Translations under genes and position numbers: made by a program
Notes under the pieces: generated by a model
The model's input: only the letters and a program-made list of their open reading frames with translations
The model's database searches: none
What the model was told of the DNA's origin: nothing
Shown: positions 12,700-26,300 of the stretch, in pieces
Layout of the letters: the number at the start of each line of letters is the position of its first letter
Position numbering within the stretch: the first letter of the stretch is position 1
Source of the DNA: Chara braunii
Taxonomy: Eukaryota > Plantae > Charophyceae
Length of the DNA stretch: 64,000 nucleotides
Assembly (NCBI GenBank): GCA_003427395.1
Contig: BFEA01000013.1
Span: forward strand, 4,168,168-4,232,167
Direction of reading: 5' to 3'

Positions 12700-14420
12700 T
12701 AAATAAATAAATAAATGAGGAGGTGGAGGAGAGTGAAGAGAAACTAAGTGTTGGATTTTTCAAAGTTTTCGGCAGCGTTTCGTTACCATCATGGTTTCGA
12801 AGTGTGTTGGCAAAAGATATGACTAAGTAAGATGGGAGAAAGTAGGGAGAAAAAAGAAAATTTAGGTAGTACTTCGTTACCCCCACGGTGTCAAAATGTG
12901 TGCCGAGAGCTGAAATAACTAAGTCCTAAACAAATATAGAGGTGCCGAAGGAAAAAAATGAATTTTCAGAATAAATAAAAATAAAAATAAAATAAATCAG
13001 AAAAATGAGGCCGAAGTAGGGGGATAAGATAATGCAAACTTTTAGAGAAAAGGGAAAATTTAAATCAAAGGAAAAGACAAAATAAGAAAAAAACCAGAAA
13101 AATTTGAAGTTGGGGGTGAGGGGTAATGAAAAAGTGATGGAGAAAGAGAGAAATAGGCGAGAAAGAGAAAAAAATTGGAGTGGGAGGCGGGGGGATTGTT
13201 GAGTTGTAGTCGGGGGAGGGAAGGGGGAGAGTAGGGGTGGGAGAATGGGAGAGAAAGTGATGAGAAAAGTGGGGAGGAGTAGAAGAGATTAGTAGAAGAC
13301 GGTGAGTGGGGAGGGGAAGTAGTGGTAGAGGTAGAGGAGGTGATGAAATGGTGCAAGCGAGAGAGAGAGGGGGGGTGGGAGAGTAGGTTAGTGGGGAGAG
13401 ATGATACCAAGCTCTTGGTTGGCCAAAGCAACAAGGTCACCAAGATCCCTAGGATCTTGGCCTCCAAGGTGCTGGCAGCATGCTGCTGCAGCAGAGGAAA
13501 AAAAAAAAAATTGAAATAATCAAGGGTTGGCTGACATGTTGATCATCCACCCTGATTGCACTGACGCGAAGCCCCCTAGTTAGGGGGATCTTCACTGCTG
13601 CCAAAGTGTTGCTGCAGCAATAGGAGAGATCATCATCATCATCATCATCTGGGTGGGCTGAGATCTTGATCAGCCACCTAGATCTCCTTGTACTGCAGCC
13701 CCCTAACCAGGGGGTCTTCACGGTCCTCAGCAAGCTGCCACGTGGCACTGATGATGGCTACGGGCACAGGCAGCAGCAGCCACGATGCCTGAGGGGGGGG
13801 CAAATAGCTCGTGTGGAACTGTTCAACATGAACGTTCCGCACACCAGAGCCGTAGACATAGTTTGGCCAGTGTGTTACAGCACTGGCTACACATGCGCAT
13901 GGCCAGCAACGGCTCGGGTTCAAACCCTGGCGACAGCATGCATCCCGGATATTGGGAGCGGGGTAGGGCGGGTCAGCGGGTCAGCGTGGGCACGTGGCGC
14001 ATGCGGCGGCCTGATGGCACTGTCTCTTTTCGTGCCACCTGTCGCAACCCTGCCGCGGCACTTTTTCCCGCAGATCTGCAGTGAAAACAGCCAAAAACGG
14101 GCCAAAATCCTGCTGTCAGGATTACACCGCTTTTGCACACTGACGGGCTGTGGTGGGTGGGAGCGGGGAGCGTTCCCGCTCTGATACCAGTGTGTCAGAC
14201 CCTCCGGGATGGCGGTCCATCAGGGTGAGGATGAAGGGTTGACGGAGGAAGAGATGGAGATGCAGCTGGAAGGGACAGCCCAGCTCTGACGCGGACTCAA
14301 CACGCAGGTACTCCAAAATAACAGACAACAGCTGGGGTATACCCCCAGCGGACTGACTGGACTGGACTGGAACAGCACACGGCCTGTGGCGTCAGGCCAC
14401 GGCCTGGTCCCACAGGCGGA
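12700..14420 (-). mobile_element. Leader, PBS and LTR start of an older LTR element into which the 3699-12695 element inserted; right boundary uncertain
   Basis: Perfect tRNA-iMet PBS (TGGTATCAGAGC on - strand, 14178-14189) next to TG at 14191. The motif ACCCCCAYGG-GTCAAAATGTG is shared with 3575-3600 on the other side of the insertion. Confidence 0.55.
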
Positions 14421-15201
14421 ACAGGCAAAAAGCCTGATATGCCCTGGCTGCAGGCCAGGGCAGATAGAGGCTCGCTGCACCAATTCTCCATTTGCCTGTC
14501 CAAAAGTATACCCCTTGCAACGACCATTGACCCGAATACGATCATGCCCTTTGTCCATTAAAAAAAATATAAGATCCAATCTACAGCCTTTTTAATAGAA
14601 TCGTGAGGTAGTTTGGGAAACGTATCCTTTATATCATGTGACGCTCCTTTGATTGCAGGTATTTGAAATTTCGGAACAGAAGAGTTGATCTTTGAGACAT
14701 TGTCCTTATTCTAAGACGTAGTCCTCATAGGAAAGTGGGACAAAAGGGTAAGTTTCCGAAGAAGAGGAGTGTTAATTGATTTACCAATGATAATTGAATG
14801 ATTCTATCCGAAACATTTGCCGGTCCGGAAAAGGAGGCGCAGATGGGCCGCCATCGTTGTGTATCCTGTGTTTGGGAATGCAATAGAATTTGCCGAGTGC
14901 CATTGCTTTCGATTGACACAAGAAAGCTCATTGCAAAACATGATGGTATCATTATGATTTTGATTATTATATTATATTTTGCTAATTTCTGTTTTTAACA
15001 GGGAACCATTGATGTCGCTGGAAGGTCTGAAAAGCGGCCGGAGACAATCCGTGCGCACTTTGGCTTTGACAAATAATGACCCATCTGGTCCATCTAAAGT
15101 GGAGGAAATTTCAGGTCAGCTAGTGTGGCAAGCGAGCCACAAAGGTTCCCTTGACAAAGAGTATAATACTCTATTACTTCAAAAAATTCTCCTCAGTTTG
15201 G

Positions 15202-16530
15202 ATTATTATTTTTTTTTTTTATTTTTTTTTTTTTGTTGGAACCCCCGCCGGTAGTGCTAGCGGTGCTGATAAGAGCATACACCCCTAGCACCCTGGGAGG
15301 GGCTCCATCTATTGGTGGGGAGCGTCACCTGCTGCAAAACAGGTTCAGCGTCCCATATACAGAATGAATCAGGAAGATAACAAAACAGCTGAGGAAAAAC
15401 TGCCAGCGTTGGTTGCTCTGGCATCCAGAGAATCCAGAGGATTAGCTGTGCAGGATATTGAGGAAAGGAGGGGGGAAACTCTCCTGCTGAAGATGATCAC
15501 AAAATATACCATCGGAGGCTCGGGGCCGGGGCCGCACGGGGTCCCTGGGGGGAACCAGTTAACCCTTCCTTCCCCGGCCCGCCCCTGTCTACCCCTATAC
15601 TCCTTTACTGGGAAACGGGCCCAGTGTCCCCTCTGTGGACATAAAACCTGAGGAACAGCACAGTGAAAAAAAACTTCCTTTCTCTATCCTCCTGGGAAGC
15701 GGGCCCAGTGTCCCTTACCCCGGAGTTACCACATGCCCAGTTGGCATCACCTGCTGAAAACCATGAAATGCATTCTCCCTTACTTATCAAGCGAGGTTCA
15801 GTTGGGCTCAGTTGCTCTTCAGTGCTTTTCAGTGATCTTCTTGCAGGAATTCGACCATCGATAAAGGATGTGGGGAAAGGGATCTGAGAAATTCGACGGG
15901 GGTCACAGGGGGATACCGGGGTCCACCACTGTCCAGTCATGAAAGATCAGCCTATAGTCTCTGGCAAAATCTTCTCTTGACGGGTGGTCCCTGGCCGGGG
16001 CCTCCCAAATTACATCTTTTGTCCAAGACACTTCTGCCATCCACCCCCCCCGCCTACTACCTAACCAGTTGTCACAGAACCGAGCAATGGTGGCCTCCAG
16101 GTCCTTTTTTGTATGAAACATGTCCAACTTTTCCTTGACTGCCTGCCATTGGTTACTGATCTCTTTTATTTTTTTTGTCTTTCTTTTCCTTTTTTTAAAA
16201 AGGGGCGACAGCCTTAACTTGTCATCATTGAACTTATCGGTTTCAAACTCAGATTTGTTTGTCAGCAGTTCATGTGCGAACTCGCCAGCTAGATGCATCT
16301 TTAAGCAAAGTAAGAAGCACGAGCAAGAGCGGTCAGTAGAGACTCCATAGCTGGCCAGAGAGCAGGCAAAGTAGGGGTGAGACGTAAGGTACACCAGGGA
16401 AGGAAGCCTAGGAGATCCCCCAAATCCGGTGGTAGTTATACTCGAACCTTGCGGCACACAACGAGGAATATGTCTAAGTATTGAGGGCAATCCTTCATAC
16501 TGGGGGGCACAACGTCCTATTTGCGTCATT
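15202..16530 (-). mobile_element. Possible 5'-truncated non-LTR retroelement 3' end
   Basis: Poly(A)-like tail on the - strand (15202-15234), a ~670-nt UTR-like segment and a Trp-rich ORF end at 15903. No RT motif seen. Confidence 0.35.
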
Positions 16531-16559
16531 AAAGAATTCCTGGGGTATTTGCTGGTTGA

Positions 16560-19500
16560 CCTTAAACTGCTGGTTGCCCACCAGTTGCTAGGAGAGCTTT
16601 ATTGACAAAAGTGGGAAGGGAATTAGACTGTTAGACCCTAATTTAGGTTAAGGCTAGTGTAAGTGGCGAGGACCGTTAAGTATTGCGGTGTAGGTCTAAG
16701 TGGTGAGGTGGCGGAGTCAACTTACGTGTGCTGACTCTCGTCATGGACGACTAACCCATGTTCGGTTTCTTGGCCCTGTCTGTGATATGGGGGCCCCTAC
16801 TCCGCTTCTTCTTCCCTCTTAGGTTCTTTCGGACCGCTAGGATGTGCACCATGGCTACATCCGAAAGAACAACTCAGCCTTAAACCATTGAACAACAGGC
16901 TGAGATCGTCAGGAGGCTGGAGGAGGAGAGCAGGGAGGAGGAAAAAAAGAAGAAGAAGGCGGAGGAATTAAGAAAGAAAATGAAGGAAGAAAAAAGAAAG
17001 AAAGAGGAAGAGATGAACAGCTGGAGGAGGAGATGAAGAATAAGATGGAAGAAGAAGCAAAGGTCAGTGACGAAGAGGAAGTAGAAAAGGAGAAAAAGGA
17101 GGCTGAGGTAGAGGAGGTCGAGGAAGATGTGGAGGCAGAGGACGTGGCACCCAAGGGAGTAGTAGTGAAGGTAGCTATTGCACGGGAGGTAGGGCTAACG
17201 GTTCCCCGCAAAGTGGACGCGGTTCTCCCTCCACAAGTGGAAGAGGTAGAGGGTGTAGACCATGGCCAACATATCCAGGAATTGTTGAAGGTGAACCTTG
17301 GAAGGAAATGGGCATTGAACACTCAGTGTGGAAACAACGACTTAACGCCAACCAGTGTTTGAAGTGTTGTGACCCCAACTACATTGTCTGTTTTTGCCCT
17401 AACTACTGCTACCCGAAAGTGAACAGCAAGTAGGAGTCACAATTGGTCCTGGGCCTTCGGACACATATAGACAGATGGAAGCGCGCGGTGAGCAGGCACC
17501 CTTCTCTCTAAAGGCCCCCATGGCAGAGACTCATGTAGGCCCCCACCCAATTAGCTGTCTAGAGACCGCTTGTGCTAGGGTCTCTCTGGGTGGTTCCCTC
17601 GCTGACATCGGTGATGAGCTGATCACTCGTCGCCAAGCTTGGGCTGAAATGAAGAAGCGGAGCAAAGGGCAGCTAATAATAGCCGATGTAGAGATTAGTA
17701 GAGGGCGAATAGGCGCGTTAGTTGATAGTGGATCCACATGTAGCTTCATTAGCCAAAGAGGGTTGCAGAACATGCACCTCGACATGAAGGTGAGGAAGTT
17801 AGACGAGTCGGTAGTTAGTAAACTAGCCGACAATCGAGAGATGGTTGTAAGTGAATACGTCAAGGGGGTAAGGGAACACTTCCGCTTGGAGGGGGGGCAA
17901 AGGTGGAGAAAGTTTTGCATTCCCTGACCCTCTTAGTGAAAGATAGCCTCCCCTTCGACTTAATTCTAGGGATGGATTAGGGAGAGGCCGCGAAGGCCGA
18001 TGCGAAGATGGGCAAGCAAGAGTGTTGGTTGCCTAGCCCCGGAGGTGGCAAAAGAAAATGCGGTTGTTTCATGAGTTTGGAGTAGAGTTCAATTTGTCCC
18101 TTTGCTGTATGAGTGCCCCTGTGTTCGCCAAACACGTTTGGTTGGCCAAGTCTTCGAAGCGTATGTTAGAATGGTTAGTGAGAGAAAAAGGGAGGAGGGA
18201 ACACCACCACCCGCGGTCGAGAGATTGTTGAAAGAGTTCGCTGATGAGGGATAGGCCTCAATAGGCGTAGTGGAGAGAGAGATCAAGCACCGGATAGAGA
18301 TCGAACCCGACAGCAAGGCGCCCAAGGGGCCCATCTATCAAATGTCTCCCAAGGAACCCGATGAGTTGTGCACGCAGCTTGATGAACTAATAGAGAAGGG
18401 GTAGATTAAGCCCAACTCATCGTCGTATGACGCACCGGTCCGATTCGTGCCTAAGAAGGAAGGCGAACTGCATATGTGTATTGATTATAGGGGACTCAAC
18501 ACAATGACCATTAAGAATGTTGAATCGTTGCCTAGGATAGACGACATGTTGGATAGGGTGCAGGGCTGCAGATATTTTTCCAAGATTAACTTGAAATCGG
18601 GCTACCATCAGTTAGAAGTTCAGCCTGGAGATCAGCACAAGATCGCTTTTAGAACTCGCTATGGCCACTACGAGTTTGTGGTCATGCTGTTCGGTCACAC
18701 AAATGCCCCAGATAAATGACCTCTTTCATGAGTGTTTAGATAAATTCGTAGTCATCTATTTAGATGATATTTTGATTTTTAGTAAGACTTCAAAAGAGCA
18801 CCAACAACATTTGTGTTTGATCTTAGGCAAGTTGCGCACTGCGAAATTCAACCTGAACCCGAAGAAATGAGAATGGGCAAAGCGTTAAGTGCTATACGTA
18901 GGCCATATGTGATGGAGATGGTGTTCGACAGGAAAATACAAAAATAGCATCAATCAGGGATCGGCCAACACTGCGCACGTTGACCGACTTGCGGTGTTCC
19001 CTGGGCTTAGTCAATCACTACAGGAAGTTTGTGCGAAACTTCACCTCGATAGTTGTGCCACTGTGTAAACTGTCGGAATTGGGACAAAGACTGCATCTCG
19101 GCCTTCAAGAAATTGAAGAAGTCGCTAATTGAATACCTGGTCCTAAAGATCGTAGACCCATCACTTCCATTTATAGTCACCACTGGCGCGGGCCAATACG
19201 GAAGTGGCGCTGTACTTCAGCAAGATGATGGAAAGGGATATAGACCGACAGAGTTCATGTCGTGTAGATTACCTAGTGAGAAGGTCGCTGCCTCGATGTA
19301 TCAGTGACAGTTATTTGCTCTAAGAGAGGCTTTGAGCCGTTGGCGGCATTACCTCCTAGGAAGGCACTTTAAAGTCTGATCACGAGACCCTACGCTGGTT
19401 GAAAACCCAGGCCCAAATGACACCTAAGTTGACTACGTGGGCTGGGGAGATAGACCAATTTTGCTTTGAGTTGAAACCAGTCAAAGGCAAATACAATGTC

Positions 19501-22036
19501 GTCGTTCATGTGCTGAGTTACACGCAGACTTTTTTGGTGCTACAGTGACTTACCTAGATGCAAGTACTAAACTGCAGCAACATATCAAAGTTGCGTACAC
19601 TAACGATCCCGTTTACAGTGAGCCAATTAAGAGGGTATAAACTGACCACATGAAGTCCTAGACTACAGAATGACTGGCAGACTGCTGTTCGAAACGACTG
19701 ACAGGTTTGACATGCTCTGTGTCTCGAATTACGAGACTGTCAAAAGTCTAATGTTAGGGGAATGCCACGACACTGAGGGCATTTCGGTTGGTGGAAGACC
19801 TAATATGCTAATCTCCTCCAGCGGCATGAAGCATGATTGCATCGGCCACACTCAGGGTTGCCAAGTATGCTAGCGGAACAAGAGTTCCACGAAGGCCCCC
19901 CTTGGATTGTTGAGACCGCTACCTGTCCCATTCAGTCCTGGTGACTCCGTGTCCATTAACTTTATCGATACGGAAGTCAAAAGCAGAAACGAGAAGAGTC
20001 GAGTAATGGTGGTAGTAGATAGATTTAGTAAATTTGTTGTTTTTATTCCGCTGCCCGTTGAGGCGAAGACCGATTTAGTGATCCGCGAGTTCTTTAATAA
20101 TTGGGTCAAGGATTACGGCCACTCACTGATGATAGCTAGTGACCGTGATAGTAGGTTCACCAGCGAGCACTGGCAACAACTAATGAAAGTTTATGGATCA
20201 AAATTGACGATGTCATCTGGTAGACACCCGGAAACTAATGGCCAGATGGAGCAAACGATAAGTTGCTCCAGCAAGTGCTTCCCATGTATATTAGACCCGA
20301 CCAGATTGATTGGGACCAACATCTTCCCAAAGTGCAGTCTGCTAACAATTTGGTGCACATGTCTACTGCACGTACCCCGAATGAACTGCACAAGGGTTGG
20401 CAGCCCCGACATCCGATTGAATGCCTGAATCCATATCAGATTCAGAGACTCCCGCTCGATACAAGGGAATTTGCTACCCGGTACGAGAAAAACTTGGAGC
20501 AGGTGAAAACGAACATCCTTCAGGCCCATAATCAGATGGTAGATAAATCCAACAAGCACCAGCGACCTTTGCAATTCGCTGTAGGTGATTTGGTCTGGGT
20601 AAACGTTCCAGAAGAAGAGATTTGGCAGAAACTACTACCTGCTTATAGGGGACCGTGGGAAGTCTTATATGTCAAGGAAGAGGCAGAGGGTCCGTCCTAC
20701 ACTATCGAGATTCCACCCCACTTGCGCACATCTCTATATTCCACTCGTCTAAGTTACTTCCCTGCGTAACAAACGATCAGTTTCCCTCTCGTCGCTCTAT
20801 GATCCCGCCAGATATGGTTGGAGGTTATGATGTAGTTACAATAGTGGCCAAACACGTCTTCCACACAGGCTGCAGAGGGAGACCACAGAGGCAGTACAAA
20901 GTTAGATTTGCCTATCAAGAACCCAGCGAAGATCGCTGGTTCCCTAACGAGGAATTAATACACACCAGCCCCTCACGTTGTTTCCTTTTATGAGAGGGTG
21001 CGGAGGGGAATGAATGTGTACGACAGATAAAACTGAGATTTTTCTCGGAGGACCTCAAAATTAGGCCGGTGGGAGTGAAAGGATTCACGTTGTAAACACC
21101 CCTGTGGCCCGGTACCAGGGTCCCAAACCGTCCCAGGCAGCCCAGGTTCCAGGCTGTCCCAGTAGGGTAGGTCGTATAGTCCCTAGGCTGAAGCGTCGTA
21201 GGTTGGTAGGTGTCAGTACCGAAACGTCACAGGTCGGTGAAAGTTAGTGGTACCCGACAAGAAAAGTCCAGTCCCAAGTTCAATTTTGCAGCATGTCCCA
21301 GGAAAGTCCGGAAGGTACCGGATCGACAAAATGTTTGCAGCAGACAGGCCGCGGCCGACCGGTACTGGTCTGAAGCAGGCCAAACCAAGTCGAGTCCTAT
21401 ATTTAGCTGCTACAGTGCAGCGGCTCATCACTTGTTCAAATTGCAAGATGCGGAAGCGCTGCTGCTGCTTGTGCGTTAAGGCAACTTGGGCACTTCGTGC
21501 CTGGAGGAGGAAGTGGGCACTTGACAGTTACTCCATAGCCAGGGTAGAGGGAGGTAGGAGGTAGGGTGGCCATAGCCGCCGAGTGTGATAGCTCACCTGA
21601 GTGGGTGTATCCAGGGTGATGATCTAGGATATAGGGAGCAAAGTGAGAGAGAGAGAGAGAGGGGGAGAGAGAATCCATAGCCGCCAACCAGTTGAGATCA
21701 AGTCTAAGTGCGTGTGTGCAGTAGAGCAGCTGGTGACATANNNNNNNNNNNNNNNNNNNNNNNNNNNNNNNNNNNNNNNNNNNNNNNNNNNNNNNNNNNN
21801 NNNNNNNNNNGAGATCAAGTCTAAGTGCGTGTGTGTGCAGTAGAGCAGCTGGTGACATAAACATTTCTTGTATAAAAATAATCAATTTATTATTATTGAG
21901 AATTATTGTTAATTTGGTGATGGCTCCCACATGTGTTGATTGTATGTCGGCTTTGGTTTCTCACGTGTGTACTCTCATGTGAATGTTCATGGCATGTTTG
22001 CAAGGTGGGATGCTGATGAGGACTTGGGCCATTTCA
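16560..22036 (+). mobile_element. Heavily decayed Ty3/gypsy chromovirus; 5' LTR missing
   Basis: Gag remnant with CLKC knuckle, LVDSGST protease, YLDDIL RT, RNase H, integrase (SDRDSRFTS) and chromodomain. PPT at 21063-21075 is followed by the LTR. Same family as 1-3572. Confidence 0.9.
21076..22036 (+). repeat. 3' LTR (TGAAA...TTTCA)
   Basis: Has terminal inverted repeats and follows the PPT. Homologous in reverse to 59952-60630, which lies next to a PBS. Confidence 0.88.
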
Positions 22037-22963
22037 CAGAGCACCCATTTCATTGCCTCAGTTTCTGAAAACATTTTTTATCGAAAGACAACCGGTCTTG
22101 GGGGAGGTGGAATCCAGTGACACGAATGAAGAAGTCTGGGAACATTTTGCTGGTACCTGTCTGCCAGAGAAGTCTTGATGCCTCCACAGTTTCTTGGTGT
22201 TTGGGCGGGCTAAAAGACAGTGCTCCAGGTTTCCTATTTTGCCTCCCTCACAGATGGTACAAAGCTCCTTTAAACCTACCACTACCTCTGAGCCTCTTTT
22301 TGCCAAGACAGATCCCCACTGCGCACCAAGGCTCGCCGAAGCACCAGCGCAGTATTTCTTTCTGTTTTTGGTGGCTGGCGTCGCCAGCCATTGGGGTCTG
22401 GTAGCCCCAAGCCTCCGAAGAACCCGGAATCATACTTTTCCAATTCTCGACGTCGTAGTGGTGGTTTAATCTGCTTATTTGCTCTCTGCTTCTTCGCTCT
22501 CTGCTTCTCCACTCGTTCAGCCATTCATTGACCAGCGGCGCTAGGTAGAGGATCAACCACTGCATGCTCCTTCGTCCTGGCTCCATTTCCATTCTGGGGA
22601 GCATCAGTCCGGTTCCTATTCCACCGGCAAGTCAGAATAACAGGATACATCATAAGTATTCACCCACGCTTCCTTCCGTCTGGCCGAAGGACCCCTGACC
22701 AGCATTGATTGCTCCAACATCGTGGAGGATTGACTGTCAGCTTGCCCTGCTTCATCCTTTCCTCACAGGTCTACTGCAAAAACCTGTCGTATAAAACATG
22801 ACTAGCGAGAAAGGTCCTAGAAGCTGCCAAATCTGCCAATTTTGTCTATACTGTAAGACCCCCTTATGAGCTACATGAGAACTCTGCTATTCTGAACCCT
22901 GTTTGCCCTAATTCTGTCCAAACCATAAACCCTAAGCCCTCAACTTTTTTTTTTCTTTTTTTT

Positions 22964-23050
22964 ATGTGGTCCGATGGACCACGGATCATATATTAAACTG
23001 ATCAGAACAGATACTACACTTGATCTTAGCCAAAAGGCCAAAAAAGGTAT
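22964..23050 (-). ncRNA. U2: U2 snRNA 5' fragment (nt 1-87), polyadenylated pseudogene
   Basis: - strand reads ATACCTTTTTTGGCCTTTTGGCTAAGATCAAGTGTAGTATCTGTTCTGATCAGTTTAATATATGATCCGTGGTCCATCGGACCACAT then an A-tract. It has the plant-type 5' end, branch-recognition GTAGTA and stems IIa/IIb, but no Sm site. Confidence 0.95.
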
Positions 23051-23381
23051 TCTGAATTTTTTTTATTATTATTATTTTTTTTTCCAGTTCGTATCTTACT
23101 ATCCGTATCCTATTTCCTTGAACCCTACAATTCCCTTCACTTATCCTTCCTTGCCTTGCCTCACTTTAATTCTTATGGNTGGCTGGGAGGCCCGAGTGGA
23201 CCGCATTGAATACTTCCGTGAGGAAGGTTTTACCACCCCTCACCCCTGCCTAAGTTAACCTGTACTATCTCCGTTTGCCAAAACATATAAACCCAGTTCG
23301 AATCTTACTATCCGTATCCTATTTCCTTGAACCCTACAATTCCCTTCACTTATCCTTCCTTGCCTTGCCTCACTTTAATTC

Positions 23382-26300
23382 TTATGGCATCCTAAGTTCC
23401 TGTGTCAACAGATGATCATCCGCAGTGTCCTCCTGTCGCTCATCTTTAAACCAATTGAAAATAAGTCTCTCTCCTTCTACGGTCGCTACTTTGCCTTGGG
23501 GTAGTACCCTTTTCTGGAATTTGGTTAGAATATCCCTTGCCTTTTCTGAGTTAAAAGCCACTTGCTTCTTTGTCCTAATCCATAACGCCCTAATCTCTAT
23601 CTCCAACAGGCTATAGAGAGTTGCCTTGGCTTCCACATCAGAATCTTGCCCACCACCTGCTGACATCTTCGTTTCCATATTGTCCATAAAGTGTATTGTC
23701 TCAGTAGACGAATGATATATTTATGGCCATCCCACCATTCCTTGGGCACCTCGCTTCCTATCAATATTAATTTCCTGTTTCGCGGGAAGGGGAAGTCCGT
23801 AGTATGTGTCCACAATGAACGAGCTATGGACCAGAGATAATCTGCTTCAGGGCAATGGAGCAAACAATGGATCAGAGTTTCCTGAACGCTCGTCATACAC
23901 ATAACACAGTCTTGATCTGACTCATTCCTATTGAGCCTGCTTCGCTTATCGAACAACCAGACATTGAATGGGAGTGCTACATGACAGATATGCCCCTGAC
24001 CTTGGCCAATCTAATATTGTGCAAAGATGACCATGGTAACCTTTCTACTTGTTCCCTTGGTATATCCAGTTTCTTTTCCCATCTTATCAACAAAGTCTGA
24101 TCCTGATGGCAAGATCTCACCCTCAAACGGTAGCCCAATTTAGTGGTGTAATGAAGTATATTGATTCTCCTGCTTACTTTGGATGAACTTCCCCTGATGT
24201 TCCATGCCCACTCTGCTGGATCAATTTTGAGATCCCAAATAGATGTCAGTGGCTCAAATATCGTAAAATCGTCATTCTCAACCACTCTTACCTTTCTTGA
24301 AATGGTTTTCTTAATGACTATCAGAACCCTGGAATCCTTATCCAGCATACTGACCGTGACTCCTGGAGATAGTATTGTGAACATATCTGCTTCCAACCAC
24401 TGTTTAGAAGGTCCAACCTCCTGTCTTATGCGAAAGGCTACCTCTGGCTCATTAGTAGGGACCATTGTTGCCCAATCCCCCCATCCCCATTTGTCTAGTT
24501 CCTTCAATGTCCTTATCCACTCATCCGGAATGGAGAGAAGAATGTCATTCAGATTTTCAATTAGTCTATGACAGCCCTTCATTTCCTCCCTCAGTTCCCT
24601 ACCTATTTTCCATCGCCCCCTGCTGACTGACCAGAGATGTTTGACCTGCCGTACTCCATGTTCTAACCACTTCCCCCACTTGGCGTCCTTCGTTGTTAGT
24701 GTTCTAGGTCTTCCTTGAGAGTCTTCCTTGAGAGTCTTTTAACCATGGATTACAAAATAACGGTTGTCTAAGCACTTCATCCTTCGTCTTAGGTTGTCTA
24801 ACTCTTGCTGGGAAGACCTCTGCCCAGATTTTGAGCAATTGAGCCCAGTATGTACCTCTAGTTGCATCATCCTCTGCTAATTGTTCCCTCGTTCTATCCT
24901 TCTTGGTCCAACCCTTGCAGAATAGCCAAAATGTACCCTTCATATTGGAAGGCGTTTTATATCTGGCCATCTGTCGTATGTGGTCAAGTACCAATGGAAC
25001 CCACCGTAAGTGAGGTTGTGTTAACAACTTAATGATCCACTTAGTTTGTAGTGATCTTATCTGCTGTCCCGGATCCAAGACTCCCATCCCTCCCCTGTCT
25101 TTTGGTTGAATAACTTGGTTCCATGATACCTTTGATATAAAGTTGGCTCTTGTTGGATTTGCTGTCCACAAATATGCTGCCGCCACCTTCCTCAGTTTTT
25201 GTAGTGCATATGCAGGTGGAGACCATATTGTTCCAACATACCATAACATAAAGAAAATTGAAGCATTTATGACTAGTACCCTCCCGAACAGTGAGATATT
25301 TATTTCCGACCACGCCGCCATCTTCAATAGCATTTTTGTCATATGATCAGGTGCCATGGAGTGATGGGGACCCGTGTCCGCCATTCTGATCCCCAAGTAT
25401 CTCATTGTTTGATCTGGCGGTAACCAAGTCATCCTCCCATAATTCTGTGGCTGATACTGTGGCTGTTGGTCATCATATGATAGCCACCACCCCAACGTCT
25501 TCGGCCAATTGATTCTCATCTCCAATGCCAATTGGAATGCCGCCATTGCTCTCATAAGGGCTTGAAATGAAGAGTCTGTTGCTCTGATTAGTACCGTCAG
25601 ATCATCCGCAAATAATATTGTTGTTGGCAAATGTGTGACACGTCCCTGCTGATCCGTTTCAATAATCAGATGGTCTATTAAAGGGTCTTTTCTAAGGAAC
25701 GAAGCAATAGCTTCCATTATAAACAAGAAAATGGGAGCCGCTAAAGGGTCTCCTTGCCTGACCGACCTCGTCATTTTATACCTATCTGACAGGTGGCCAT
25801 TAACTTGGACCTTTCCGTGTGCATCATTATACAATACACGAATCCATTTTTGAAAGTTAGAGCCCACTCCCATCTTCTCCATACATTGCTGTAAAAAGTT
25901 CCAGTTGACTTGATCGTACGCTTTTTCAAAGTCGAAGAAGTTGATCGCTGCGTTTATCCTCCTATTCGTAATGTACCTTACTGATTCTGATAAAGTCATG
26001 ACATTATCTAATATAAATCTTCCCGGAATGAAACCTGTTTGATCTAGGTGGAAACATCCTTCTGTAACCTTCCTGAGGTGGTTAGCCAGTGCCTTAGCCA
26101 CTATCTTGTGAGTGAGGGTCAACAGTGTAATTGGTCTGTAATTTTTGATATCCCTAAGGTCTCCCTTCTTATATTGCAGAATAACGATGCCAGTCGCCAA
26201 CTCTACCCCCAAGCCCTCTCTCTGCCAGGCTTGATGGAGAAAAGATTCGTATTCTTCTCCTAAGATAGGTCAATACTCCACCCAAAATTCCTTAGTCAAT

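Noticed and set aside
14640-15200. Host gene exons suggested by acceptor-like sites
   Set aside because: No consistent ORF or recognisable protein.
22005-22036. Hammerhead core CTGATGAG at the LTR end
   Set aside because: No GAAA follows, and the homologous LTR has CTGGTGA.
22921-22940. Telomeric repeat
   Set aside because: Only 2-3 degenerate CCCTAAA-like units.
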